From Octopus sinensis (Eukaryota), in contig NC_043005.1 in the NCBI RefSeq assembly GCF_006345805.1, positions 58,528,001 through 58,592,000 of the forward strand: a stretch of DNA of 64,000 nucleotides. Direction: 5' to 3'. Of this stretch, positions 38,573 through 53,282 are shown piece by piece (position 1 is the stretch's first letter; each line of letters begins with the position of its first letter). The notes beneath the pieces were generated by a model. The model ran no database searches. It had not been told where the DNA came from and worked only from the letters and a program-made list of their open reading frames with translations. Made by a program: the position numbers and the translations under genes.

Positions 38573-40886
38573 TCATTAGTGGATTGACAGAATTATTAGA
38601 GTATTGGGCAAAATGCTTTGCAATGTTTAGCTGAGACTATGTTGTAAGTTCAAATCTTGTTGAGGTCAACTTTAAAGGAGGGGGGGATAAAACAAAGTGC
38701 CTGTCAAGTACTAGGGTCAACGATATTGACCAGTGCTTTTCCTCAAAAACTGTTGGTGCTGTGCTTGAATTAGAAACAGCTAAAGAGGTTGTGTAATGCA
38801 GGAAGCTGAAAGGATTGTAGACAGATGCCTTCCTCTTTGGTCAAGTAATGTGAGAGTTAAAAAGCAAATGTTTTTTTTTTCCAGTAAAATGGTCAAAAGA
38901 TGGGTGACTGCTATGAATGTGGTTAGAGTGAAAATAACCATTCTAAGGGTGTACTCGTAAACTGGAGAGCAACAGGTGTGTGAGAGCTCATGCCCTTGGT
39001 TGAAAAGGTAATTTTGGATCAGTGGGTTTCCTTGACAGGCCCCAGTTCGAGGCTCTCTCCTATCAGGAGAGATGCAAAAAAACTTCTGTTCGCATATGTT
39101 GTTTACCACGCATACTTTTTATCTCAATCCTCTCTTCTCATTTCTTCCCTTTTCAACTCCTCACCAATTTTTCATGTGACCCTGACTTAAATTTTAACTT
39201 GTCTTTATATTGTCCCCCTCATTGGATACCCAGTGGCAACTAAAAGAAATCACCACCACCACCACCACCATCATTTTATATTCTGAGTTCAGCTGTACCC
39301 TGAAAGGCTGAAATCCAATGATCTTAGACAAACTGTTGAATATAAATTAAGTTGGTCATGGCTGGAATGTTGTTAATCACAGAACTCCTTGTTCAGGTCA
39401 GACAAGGTATTAACAACAAGCTTGGATGAGTTTAACAAATCCTGTTGGCAGGGTTGTCTTAGCAGTGTTATAAAGCCCCCTGGCAAATCAATGCACTGAA
39501 CCGCCCTATTGTATAGATTTATGAGAACAAGCATACACAGATTAGAATTAGGTCCCTAGACTCACGAGGCTTCGGGCAACTGCCTAGTGTGGTCAGGCCT
39601 TAAGACGATGCTACCTGGAGGAGTTTGTATGAGTAAGTTATGAAAAGCGAATGGTAAGGAAAATTGCTACAATCAAATAGATGTGAAATCATGCCAATGC
39701 ATGTAGCAGCAGCAGCAGCATTAGTAGTAGTAGTAGTAGTCGCAGCTGAAGTCTGGCTGCTGCAGATGTTCTCAGGTGATGTGAACTCCAAAGTGTTTGA
39801 CAACTGAATGAGTGCAAAGTGAGAATGGAGATGGTGGTGGAAGTGGTGGTGGTAAGGGTGGTGGCGACAGTAGCTGTTATTGTTGTTGTAATTGTTGGTA
39901 GTGGTGTTGTTGTTGTTGGTTGTGGTGTGTTGTTGTTGGTTGTGATGGTGTTGTTGTTGTTGGTGGTGGTGGTGGTGATAGTGATGGTTGTAGTAGTGAT
40001 GGCAGAAGTCATGATGATTCCGGTGGCATAGATGAGGACCACCTGATGGTTATGATAGCACCCTAGCCATATTCATAGTCATCATCATTGTTATTATTAG
40101 TATCCTTTTCTACTCTAGGCACAAGGTCCGAAAATTTGGGGGATGGGCCAGTCAATTACATTGACCTCAATATGCAACTGGTACTTAATTTATCGACCCC
40201 GAAAGGATGAAAGACAAAGTTGACCTTGACAGAATTTGAACTCAGAACATAAAGACAGATGAAATACTGCTAAGCATTTTACCCAGTGTGCTAATGTTTC
40301 CACCTGCTCGCTGCCTCTTGTTATTATTACTATCATTGTTTCTGCCGCTGTCATTTTGGTAGTCTTAGTTATTGTCATGGTCAGTGTTGGTGCTGTTGTC
40401 TTCTTCTTCTAATCAGGACTCACACCATTAGCCACAAAGAATAATCTCTAATTCGAGCCTACTCTAAGCTACTAAGAATGCGTGTGGCAACTTGAAGATC
40501 TACCCACCACATGCAATTGACTGGCGATTGCATGGGTACGAAAGCTACATTGTTATCCTCATTCCGTAAATCATGGCTTTTAACGGGTGGAAAGCTGAAC
40601 CATCCTGGGGTACAGAGGATTCGCAATCTAGACTAGGGTCTGAACGTTTACCACATCATAGTGGTTTACACCATGGTTCCTCTACTTTGTGGCAGAAGTA
40701 AGAAGAAAGTGGTGAAATAATATAGCGGGATTCACCACTACCCCTCGCCGGACCCTCATGGAGCTTAGGTGTTTTTGCTCAATAAACACTCACAATGCCC
40801 GGTCTGGGAATCGTGTTGCTGTTGTTGTTGTTGTTGTAGTTGTTGCTGTTAATAACAACATGCTTATTGTCATTATTGTTCCAATA

Positions 40887-41298
40887 GGTGCAGGAGTGGC
40901 TGTGTGGTAAGTAGCTTACTAACCAACCACATGGTTCCGGGTTCAGTCCCACTGCATGGCACCTTGGGCAAGTGTCTTCTGCTATAGCCCCGGGCCGACC
41001 AATGCCTTGTGAGTGGATTTGGTAGACAGAAACTGAAAGAAGCCTGTCATATATATGTATATATATATGTATGTGTGTGTATATGTTTGTGTGTCTGTGT
41101 TTGTCCCCCCTAGCATTGCTTGACAACCGATGCTGGTGTGTTTACGTCCCCGTCACTTAGGGGTTCAGCAAAAGAGACCGATAGAATAAGTACTGGGCTT
41201 ACAAAAAAGAATAAGTCCCGGGGTCGATTTGCTCAACTAAAGGCGGTGCTCCAGCATGGCCACAGTTAAATGACTGAAACAAGTAAAAGAGTAAAGAG
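40887..41298 (+). mobile_element. Dominant tRNA-derived SINE, full length
   Basis: Near-identical to 13765-14189. Confidence 0.85.
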
Positions 41299-41434
41299 AT
41301 ATATTTCCTATGACAGAATTTCAGTTAGCTTTGTGAAAAATCTCAACTGGAAGTAAATATTTTCTAGTTGAAAAGTGGAATCACCTGAAATTGACTTTTT
41401 TTAAAAAGGATTCTGGCTTGGTTTTCTAATTAGG

Positions 41435-42600
41435 ATGGTTGTTGTCATAGTGATGGCAGTTGTGGTTGTGGTAGTTGTGGTGGTGGTGGCAGTTGTGGTT
41501 GTGGTAGTTGTGGTGGTGGTGGCAGTTGTGGTTGTGGTAGTTGTGGTGGTGGTGGTTGTGATGGTGGTGGTAGTTGTGATGGTGGTAGTGATAGTTGTGG
41601 TGGTGGTAATTGTGGTAGTGGTAGTTGTGGCGGTGGTGGTAGTTATGGTGATGGAAGTAGTGGTGGTAGTTATAATGGTTGAGGTGGTAGCAGTTGTGGT
41701 GGTGGTAATTGTAGTTGTTGTGGTGGTGGCAGTTGTGGTTGTGGTAGTTGTGTGGTGGTGGCAGTTGTGGTTGTGGTAGTTGTGGTGGTGGTGGTCGTAG
41801 TTGCTGTGGTGGTGATAGTTGTGGTGGTGGTAATTGTGGTAGTGGTAGTTGTGGCGGTGGTGGTGGTGGTGGTGGTTGTGATGGTGGTGGTAGTTGTGAT
41901 GGTGGTAGTGATAGTTGTGGTGGTGGTTGTAGCTGTGACACTGATAGTAATTGTGGTGGTGTTAGTTGTGGTGATGGAAGTGGTAGTGGTGGAGTGTGGT
42001 GGTGATTTCTATTCCTGGTGAAGTTCTGGTTATGACAGGAGTTAGGATGGTGGTGATGGTGATGGTTGTATTAGTGGTTTCAATTGTGATGGTGGTTGTG
42101 ATCAGAATGGTGATGGCATTGCTGGTGCAATGGTGATAGCTTTTGTGCTTGTTAAGGAAATGGTCATGGCAACAGTTATGATGCTGATGGTGATGGTGGT
42201 TGTGATGAGGGTAGTGGAGATGGTTGTAATAGTAGTGGTGGTAGTGGTGGTTATTGTTGCAGTGATGGTACTTGTGGTAGAGGTGTTTGTGGCGGCAGTT
42301 GGTTATGATAGTGGTAGTGGCTGTGATGTGATTGTGGTGATGGTGGTGGCGGCAGTGGCGGCTCTGGAGTGGTGGTAGCAGTGGCAGTAGTGGTGGTGAT
42401 GGTAGCAGCGGTGGTAATGGTGGTGGTGGTGGTGGTGGTGGTGGTGGGGGTTGTCACATTAGTGGTAGCATTAGGTATTTATGATGATAGTGATGCTGTA
42501 AAAAACACTACCACCTTTACAACCATCGCCTATACTACTGTCCCTACCACTGCTGCTGCTACTACTGCTATTACTGCTGCTACAGCTACTGTTGCTGTCA
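41435..42600. repeat. Degenerate (GTG/GTA/GTT)n trinucleotide low-complexity region
   Basis: Direct reading; gives poly-Val ORFs. Confidence 0.95.
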
Positions 42601-43295
42601 CTGTCACCACCAGAAACTGAGATGGCAACCGCAGTGGTGAGGGCGCTGACCTGGACACTGATGGCAAGAAAGGCAGTGATGATGCCAAAGATGGTTGTAC
42701 TGGTGGCAGTTGAATCAAAGAACACCGTTTCCTTTTATGGAATTAAATAGAAATTAAACAAAATAATCAGACAAACAAACAAACAAACAAGCAAAATAAA
42801 AGCTTACAACGTCAACATATTTTCACTCTGTAGGGTTTGAAACCAAGGTGGGAAGATGAAAGAAATATTTTCTTTTCCTTCTGACACATTCCATTTTTGA
42901 TTTTCAGACTTCTTTTACTTTGTTTCTTTATTTCTTTAAATTGTTTTTTTTTTTTTTCTCATTTAACCATGTTTTATTAATTCTATTCTATGTTTCAAGA
43001 TCTGCACTGTCAACAAAGCAAAAAAAAAAAAACAGTTTTAGGTGTACTTGTGTTAGATATAAATCAAACAAAATTACAGGTGTTAAGTAGGGCATCCAGC
43101 TGTAAAAAAAAAAATCATGCTGAAAACAGACAGTAAAGCTTGGTACACTCATCTGGTTTGCCAGCTCCTGTCAAACTGTCCAACCCATGCCAGCATGGAA
43201 AACAGATGTCAGATAAAAATTGTTGATATATCTGTGTGTGTGTGTGTCTGTGTGGTGAGTGTGTGTGCTTATGTATGTATATGTGTGTATGTATG

Positions 43296-43344
<49 letters not shown>

Positions 43345-44799
43345 ATATATATATATATATACACATATATATATATATACATACATACATAAGCATATAT
43401 ATATATGTGTATGTATTTATATATAGTCAACATACTGTTAGCTGGTTAATATTAAATTATATGTCATCTTTTCAGACGCAAGACATATTTTTAAAAACAA
43501 ACATTTCTTGTTTTTCATAATTTATATTATTTAATTATTTTTTTGTGGGGGGGGGGGGGGTGTCATGGAATGTAACTGTCTTCATCTTTAAACACCTGCC
43601 TTTACAAATAGCAACAACAGAGATGTGTTAGTTGGAAATGTTATAGCTGCAGCTTATATTCTATTCATTACATAAACATAAAAAAAAATTAAAAAACATA
43701 TTACTCAAAATCAGTTACATTTATTTTATTTGTACATAAGGAAACAGATTTTGTAATTTTTTTTTGGGGGGGGGCTATTTATTTAATAAGAGTCATTTAT
43801 AAACTTGATTTCCCTACAAAATCCTTAACAAAAAAAGGGGGAAACTTTCCTAAGCTCGCAGTCCATATGTTCTCTCACTTAACTGTTTGTAGTGAGATTT
43901 TTTAATGAAAGTAAACAACAACCCCTTGTATATACACCTTTCTTCAAACGTCTTCTTCATCTTTATAGGATTACATAAATACATACATACATACATACAT
44001 ACATACATACATACATACATACATACATACATACATACATACATACATACATAAAACTAGAAAGGAGAAAGCTGATTCAAAGACTACAGATCCAATCCAT
44101 CACTGGAACTGTAAATATCTATAAAACTCTTCAGAAGTCTACTATTTAAGTATATATGAGCATATCTAGATATTCAAGTATATGCATGAGAAGACATACA
44201 TAAAACAAAGCATGCAAATCTGTGTGTATACATACATTCATACAAAAACACTCTGTTGCTGATATTGAAATTCCAATGAAGTAGCATTGGATCTAAGTTA
44301 GAAACCAGCTCTTTCTCTATTGGCAAGAAATTTTGAAATAAAACTGAATAATGACATACATACATGCATGTTTGCATACATACATGCATGCATGCATGCA
44401 TGCATACATACTCACACACATACATACATACATACATACATACATACATGCATGCATGCATGCATGCATGCATGCATACATACATACATACATACATACA
44501 TACATACATACATACATACATACATACATACATACATACATACATGCATGCATGCATGCATGCATGCATAAATACATACATATGTATATACATTGTTTGT
44601 TTTTATGTTCAGTTATAAGGAAAATAATTTTACTTAAATCTGATGTGTTACTCAGAATACAAATTTATTTTTCTCAAACAAAAATGTTGTTGACAGTGAG
44701 TTCGAAGTATCAGCCATCTAAGCCATCACTGGATGAAGTCATTGTCAACAACATTATTTAAGAATAGTATAATATATATATATAGATATATTCTTTGCT

Positions 44800-45123
44800 C
44801 TTTTACTTGTTGCAGTCATTTTGACTGCGGTCATGCTGGAGCACTGCCTTTAGTTGAGCAAATCGATCCCAGGACTTATTCTTTGTAAGTTACAGGGACC
44901 AGCATCAAGCGATGTTGGGGGACAAACACAGACACACAAACACACACACATATATATATACGACGGGCTTCTTTCGGTTTCTGTCTACCAAATCCACTCA
45001 TAAGGCTTTAGTTGGCCCGAGGCTATAGTAGAAGACACTTGCCCAAGGTGCCATGCAGTGGGACTGAACCTGGAACCATGTGGTTGGTAAGCAAGCTACT
45101 TACCACACAGCCACTCCTGCACC
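44800..45123 (-). mobile_element. Dominant tRNA-derived SINE (internally deleted)
   Basis: Reverse complement of the family head and tail. Confidence 0.8.
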
Positions 45124-47554
45124 TATATGAATATAATATATAATAATATATAAATATTTTTCAAAAAACTTAGGGAATAATAAGTATTCCAGGTTATCAG
45201 GACATTTACTATTTTACACTTTACTAATGCAATGTAAACAGTATCATTTATAATATTATTACAAATTTGGGATCTTACCAATAGAACTGCAACTCCTATT
45301 TCAGGACAACATTCTTGTCTGGAATACACATAGAAAGTTATATCCTATATAATAATAAAATAATATAAACATTCTAAAACCTACTTCAAAGTACAATAAA
45401 ATTGTTTAAAAAACTTATTTATAAAATATCTGAAAAAAAAAATATATATGTTATTAGTCTGTGGGGAAAGAAGATATTTTTAATTAACACTACACATGTT
45501 TCTGCGCTAGTGGTGTGTTTTTCCAGGATACACCTATTACATAAATCTATCAGTGCATCCTCAGGCCATTTATCTTATTGTTATTGTCATTAATGGATCA
45601 AAGGTAAAACTAAATATTCTAATACAGATTAAATAGAAAAATAAGAATATAAATAATATATAATAAAAACTTACAAATATATTTTAAAAAATTAAAAATT
45701 AAAAGATTAAAAAATTTTTTAATAAACATATTAATAAAGATTATTAAAATTAAACACCTAAAAATACAATATTGATATATCTAGAAAATGCCAAACATAA
45801 AGAAACCCTTAATGGCTATATTATAAACACATCAAAATTCCACTACCTATCTATATAAACATTACGGGAATTAATAATTTAGTATGAGATTTACCCCTAT
45901 CTATACAACTATAAATTACCATTTTTATGTCAAACGTATTTTAATGGTAATTATAAATAAAAACCTCTATATACATTATAAATTTATTGAATAAAAGTAC
46001 TAAATGAATCTAGTAAACCAAATTAACAAAGGAAGAATACTTATCAACATAATATTTACTCTAATTCCTGTGCAAAGGAACGAGATGGTAGATATATTTT
46101 TTGATAACATAGTAGGTTAGATAGGATGATGTCTATATTACAATATTACAATAACCAATAATATGTTGTGCTTGTATAGTAATATTACGATCATGAAATT
46201 AGGATTATCTTATCTTGCTCTTTTTCACAGAGCCCCTAGGAACCTTTTGCAGAAGCCTAGGGCTCCGGGGAACCCTAACTGAGAAATGCTGGTCTAGGGT
46301 ATACCATTCCAGAGCAAAACATTGGCATGGTCAGAGCAATGAAATCTTTTTTAAAATAGCTTCATTTGTTCTGTGAGAACTGACCCAGGGTTGAACAGCA
46401 ACAATAACTAGTCAACTGTACATTGAAAAGAAATCATTTATTTTAGTAGAATGCAGAGTTAAACTTCATAAATGTCTAAATATTTTCTTAGAAAATCTAT
46501 TTTGGAAATCATCATTATATGGTTGTCTTATGATACATTTCTTCAAATTTCAATCATCTGACAGGAATTTTGATAACTTCTCTGAATTACCATGCTATTA
46601 TTCACGAGTTTAATCTCAGTGACAAGAACCTAGTATTTATAGAATCAATAAACAAACTTTCAGAATCAGCCTAAAGCAAACATATGTCAAAAAGTGAGTC
46701 TGTGTTAACCCATTCGGTCAGAGTTATTTTCATTGAGCAGAGTTGTCTGTGAGGTTCAGCAGGCCTCCTCTTGACCATGTAGTTACAGTTTCAGTGCCAC
46801 TGTTTGGCACATTGGTCAAGTGTATTGTAGGCCATAGCCTTGAGTTGACCACCACCACCTCCTCCTCCTCCTCCCCCTCCTCCTGTTCTTCCTCCTCCTC
46901 CGCCTCCACCTGTTATTCCTCCTCCTCCTCCTCCTCCTCCTCCCCTCCTCCTCCCCTCCTCCTCCTCCTCCCCCTCCTCATGTTCTTCCTCCTCCTCCTC
47001 CTCCTCTACCTCCACCTCCTCCTCCTTTTCGTCCTCTTCCTTCTATTCCTCCTCCTGTTTTCCTCCTCCTCCTCCTCCTCCTTCCCATCGTCATCATCAT
47101 CATCTACTTTTCCATACTCGCTAGGGGTCACATGGAATTTGTTAAGACAGATATTCTACAGCTGGATGCCCTGTCTGTTGCTAACACTCACCTGTTTCCT
47201 AGCAAGGTAATATTTCCCCCATGGCCAGATATGGCTGGAAAAGGAGGTGGATGGGGAGGAGGAGATGGAGGAGGGGAGAAGAAGGAAGAGGAGAAGGGTG
47301 GTGATAGTGGAGGTGGATGAGGAGGTAGTGGTGTGTATCTGTGTAAATATGTATAGTTGTAAATATGCATCATTATCATCATTATACATCACTTGTGTGA
47401 TAATGATGATGACGATGACGATGATGATGGTGATAATGATGATGATGACGATGGCTTATTTACAATTATAGCACATAATCAAAACAAGATGTCAATACAC
47501 ACACACACACCCATCCATACAAATTCATACAGATACACACGCACACATACATGC

Positions 47555-47591
<37 letters not shown>

Positions 47592-48042
47592 TTTGTATTC
47601 ATGTAAACGACAGGCTTCATTCAGTTTCTACCTTTTCAAATCCCCTCACAAAGTTTTGGTTGGCTCAGTGCAATAATAGGAAACACTTGTTGTCCTAATT
47701 ACCAGACAAAGGAACTGTGTATATAGTGATTAAATAACTCTCTTAGATAAATGACGATTTTACTTCTTACGTTCATGTTTATTCTAACATATATATAGCT
47801 TCTGGTATTTATATAAACATCTCAATTTCATTACCAAGAGAAGTTATTCTTCATTATCTTTCTAAGGCAATTATTATTTGTTGGTGATATGTAGAAATAT
47901 TGTTTAGTTGTTTTGTGCTTATCTGGAGAATTTATATACTCACAACTTGTCTTGGCAGCAACTGTTATATATTCTGTCGCTAAATGTGTTACAAGATGAA
48001 TTACCACTAAGTTTGCACTACATTGGTTCGTGTAGGTCTGTC

Positions 48043-48080
<38 letters not shown>

Positions 48081-49006
48081 TTGCATATTGTCTCTGTGTA
48101 TTTATAAATATAAAAATAAAATAAGTTATGAACCATACAAACCTCTAAAAGCTAAATGAAATTTATAATTTTCTTACTTGATATTTTGATCCTAAATGAT
48201 CCTGCTCAGGAAGAAACAGCAATTCGATCAGAGCTGAAATATGATGTGAGTTCACCTGGTCAGTTTGAGCTACATGTGGCACAGTAGTATTCTTTACTAA
48301 CATTTTGATCTGGCTGCTTTTCCAAGTTCATTTTTGATTTGTTATGTTATTAGTTGTGACTTGTGATGTGTATATATATTTTTTCAAAGCAGTCCAGTAA
48401 AGATGTGTGTTGAATTTTGATTTATTCTGTGAAAATATAGTTCATGCATTGCAAATTTAAATTGAAGCAAAAGGTTTGGATCAATCTAAGGGTATGGAAC
48501 CATTTGTGCAAGTTGCCATGATATAGGATTGAACATGTGACCTTATGGTGGTGAAGAAAATTTCTTAACCTCTCAGCTATGTCTGTATTGATGTACATAA
48601 ATACACACACTTATATATACATATGTATGTGTATGCATATGCATATGTGTGTATATTTATATATGTGCATATATGTGTATATATGTATACATATCTATGT
48701 ATGTGTATATATATATATATATATTCTTTTATTCTTTTACTTGTTTTAACTGCAGCCATGCTAGAGCACTGCCTTTAGTCGGACAAATCGACCCCATAAC
48801 TTATTCTTTCTACGCCTAGTATTTATTCTATTGGTCTCTTCTTACTGAACTGCTAAGTTACAGGGATGTAAACACACCAACATCGGTTGTCAAGCGATGG
48901 TGGTGGGGATAAACATAGACACACAACATATATATATATATTTATTTTTTTATTTTTCTAATTTTTGTCTAGTTTCAGCTCACAAGCTGTGGCCATGCTG
49001 GGGCAC

Positions 49007-49048
<42 letters not shown>

Positions 49049-49715
49049 GTAATATAGGTTTATTGCTCATATTTTTTACGCATATTTTTTCTGTATTCTA
49101 CCTTCCACCCTGCATTTTCCCTGTGTGCATTTAGATGCATGCAGGTATGCGCGTATATAGACGTGTATGCATGCATACGGGTATATGCGCGTATATAGAC
49201 GTGTTTTATTCTTATTGCTTGTTTTTTAAACTTCTTTACACATTTTTCTGTATTTTGCCTTTAGCCCTGTTTTTTTCTTGTGCATGTGTGTATATAGACG
49301 TGTGCATGAACCTTTTGTGTGTGTGTGTGCGTGGGCGTGTATGTGGGTATGTATATATTTTTTGGCAAATGTGTGGGTGAGCATGTGTGTGTTTCAAGTG
49401 AGGGTGGATGAGTATATACTTATAGGTGCATGTACGTGGGTGTGCGGGCGCACATGTGTAGGTATGGACATGCACGCTTATGTGAATACAATGAACATTT
49501 TTACTCCCTTACCTTTACTCCCTCTTCTCACTTAGCAGTCATTCTAATAGCTCTTTTGTCTTAATAACGGTCAATCACACAGTAATTTTGCTTTGTTTAA
49601 CAGTCATTTTCATAGCAATTTTTCAATGGCTGTATAACTGAAGAGATGGCAACATGGGTTTCCGCCCCCAAAATCTGAAACTTGGAATTTTATCATGGCT
49701 ATCGAATAATTGTCA

Positions 49716-50367
49716 CATCATCATCATCATCATCATCATCGTTTAGCGTCCGTTTTCCATGCTAGCATGGGTTGGACGGGTCAACTGGGGTCTGTGAAGC
49801 TGGAAGGCTTCGTCAGGCCCAGTCAGATCTGGCAGTGTTTCTACGGCTGGATGCCCTTCCTAACGCCAACCACTCCGCGAGTGTAGTGGGTGTTTTTTAC
49901 GTGCCACCTGCACAGGTGCCAGACAGAGCTGGCGAACGGCCATGAACGGATGGTGCTTTTACGTGTCACCGGCACGGGGCCAGGTGATGCTGGCAACGGA
50001 CACGAACGGATGGTGCTTTTACGTGCCACCGACACGGGGCCAGACAGAGCTGGCAACCGGCCCCGAACGGACGGTGCTTTATGTGTCACCGGCACGGGGG
50101 CCGCCGAGGCTGGCAACAGACGCGAACGGATGGTGTTTTTACGTGCCACCGACACGGTTGCCAGACAGAGCTGGCAAACGGCCACGAGCGGACGGTGCTT
50201 TTACGTGTCACCGGCACGGGGGCCAGCCGAGGCTGGCAACGGACGCGAACGGATGGTGCTTTTACGTGCCACCGACACGGTTGCCAGACAGAGCTGGCAA
50301 ACGGCCACGAGCGGACGGTGCTTTTACGTGTCACTGGCACGGGGGCCAGCCGAGGCTGGCAACGGAC
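49716..50367 (-). mobile_element. Young RTE-type 3' end carrying an 8-unit A/B alternating array of about 60-bp units
   Basis: CpG-rich 3'UTR copy. Units begin GGTG(C/T)TTTTA(C/T)GTG(C/T)CAC at about 60-bp spacing from 49889 to 50367. Confidence 0.85.
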
Positions 50368-50960
50368 ATATATTTACAAATAAATTCCTCCATTCACATT
50401 ATATCTAGGTCTCTTTCATTGTTTTGTTGTCTTACCATTTCTATCAATATATACATATATGTCCAACCCATGCTAGCATGGAAAGTGGACGTTAAACGAT
50501 GATAATGATGATGATGATATATATACGATGGCATATTTCACTTTCCGTCTACCAAATCCACTCATAAAGCTTTGGTCAGCCTGAGGCTATAGTAGAAGAC
50601 ACTTGCCTCAGGTGCCACATAGTGGGACTGAACCAGGAACCATACACACACATGTACCTATATCACAGGGTTCTTTCAGTTTTAATTGGTCATGGGTAAT
50701 GTTTATGTATCGTGTGTATATACATTCATACATACATACATACATACATATATAATATATATATACACATTACCAACAATATACACATTTTTATATATAA
50801 GAGTGAGTGCACAAATGAAATGAAATAACATTCAACACATTTAGTTGAGTATATATACATTCATAAGTGTATGTGTGTATATGTGTGTATGTGAATATGT
50901 ATTTATATATGGCATATGTCTGTATATGTATAGATATGTGTATATATATATACATATATA

Positions 50961-51000
<40 letters not shown>

Positions 51001-51033
51001 TCTATATATACCTATATATACATGTGTGTATAA

Positions 51034-51064
<31 letters not shown>

Positions 51065-51066
51065 TA

Positions 51067-51113
<47 letters not shown>

Positions 51114-51169
51114 AATGTTCTAATATCTACACAGCCTTGGTTTTTTATCTCATTATGCAAAAAAATTCT

Positions 51170-51200
<31 letters not shown>

Positions 51201-52965
51201 CACAATATACATTTTTTATGTATAAGAGTGAGTGAACAAATGAAATAAAATAGCATTCAACATATTTAGTTGAGTATGTCTATATCTATATATATGTGTG
51301 TGTGTGTGTCTATGATTATGTATGGTATATATGTCTATATACATATATACATACACATATATACATACATATAATACAGTATATATATATGTATGTATGT
51401 ATATATATATATATATATGTCTGTGTCTGTGTGAAAGAGTATCTATCAGTCATTTCAGAGAATGATTAAATGTATTGGTTTTTAACAAACTGAATGATCA
51501 GCTTATTTCTTTGATATACTTTTCATTGTGACATAAAACAGACACCCATCCCTTAACCATCGCTTTACGGGAAAGAAGAATATCTAAAAGACCAAAAAGA
51601 CCAAAAAGACCAATCCTCTATATATTTTTAAGAAACATAATTCAGATAGCGGTTAATTCCATTGATGTGCAGTTTTGAAAGGAGTTTGTCTGGAGGTACA
51701 TCTTATCTCGTTGCTATTCAAGTTTCTGAGAAGGTCAAAATAATTTCTTGTGACATTGTATATATATGGCTGAGGTTTCTGCCAGATATAAATCCCATTT
51801 TATGTCTGTTACTTTGATTGCGGCAGAGCAACAGATTAAAGTTTTTCTTTCAAACGTCTAGACATTTCTGTTGATTGTTGCTTCGAGTAGCCAGGTTGGA
51901 ATTTTACGAATCTTTCCTTTTCGTTTGTTTATGCTTTTTCTTTTGTTGTTGTTGTTGTTAACATCAGCATTAATCAAAGTTAATCCTCATACCACCACCA
52001 CCACTGCCACCACTTCCATCACCATTCCTACCTACCACAACCAGCACCAACACTGCATAACCATCAGTCTTCTCATACCTACAGCTATATATTATTTTGT
52101 TGTTTACTCTGTTAAAAATGAATTATTTTTCTCCATAAAAATAACATAGTTTTGTAGACAGTTGACGTAAACACTCCTTTAAACATCTGATATTTTTTGT
52201 TTAGCTTTGCTACATGTCAACCCTGATTGAGCTTACCTTTGATCAAATGCTTTCTGACCATGGCCATCATGTCCTTTTTTTTTAGATATTCCTATAAATC
52301 AACTATATTATTTAACATATCTTCTTTTTCTTAAAAAACTGTAAAGTGTATTGGACGGACAGTTGGCTGCTATTTCTTGTGGGCCAATTGGCCACATGGA
52401 AATTTTTATTAGGTCATGAGTCCACATGGAGGTTTCCTCAGCTGCTGTTTCTTTCTCTTTTTCTCAGAATAATTCTGAATTATTAGGATTCTCTGTATCC
52501 AGTGGCATGCAAACTTGACTGAATTTATGAACATGAAATAATTTTCTTCAACGGATGCTATGACTAAAGTTTTACGATTCTAGTTATTCAATTTGTTGAT
52601 CTTGTAACTTGGTAATGTCAACATATCATGTTAATACTTTCAAGATGGTGTTTTTTGACACCAAATGTCTCAAGAAATGCTCACTGGTGCATTTGGTTGC
52701 ACTTAAACAATTACAGAATCTACTAACTGAATGATTATGGAGTCTCCAAACTTGACCTAACCAGTAATCTTTCATGCTTTTTTTCCTTTCATTTTATCCA
52801 TTTCAGTTATCATGTGATTCAGTGTACTGTTTTTAATTTATGTCCATGCAAATATGTCTGCAGATACAGAGTTATATAGGTGTTTGTATGTACATGTATG
52901 TGCATATGCACATGTGTGTATTTAAGTGCATGTTTATGTATATATATATATATATATATATATAA

Positions 52966-53010
<45 letters not shown>

Positions 53011-53165
53011 AAGAATGTTTCCATCAACTGTCTACAAAAGTATATTATTTCTATGGAGAAAAATAATTTATTTTAACATAGTAAACAACAAAATAATGTA
53101 TAGCTGTAAGTATGAGGAGACTGATGGTTATGCAGTGTTTGTGGCGGTGTGTGTGTGTGTGTGTA

Positions 53166-53206
<41 letters not shown>

Positions 53207-53282
53207 TATAATAATTATATCTAAAAAAATACTTTGTGGTTAGTTATTCCATTTGGTAAGCAAGTAAATTATAATTTTTCCA

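Noticed and set aside
45170-46200. Very AT-rich stretch considered as a NUMT (ND4/ND5-like words) or a LINE remnant
   Set aside because: No diagnostic mitochondrial motif or continuous frame was found. Only vague protein-like patches (e.g. KFGILPIELQLL) are present. It needs BLAST.
49889-50367. Regularly spaced repeats considered as a CRISPR-like array
   Set aside because: There are no unique spacers (units alternate A/B), the context is a eukaryotic retroelement UTR, and no cas genes are present.
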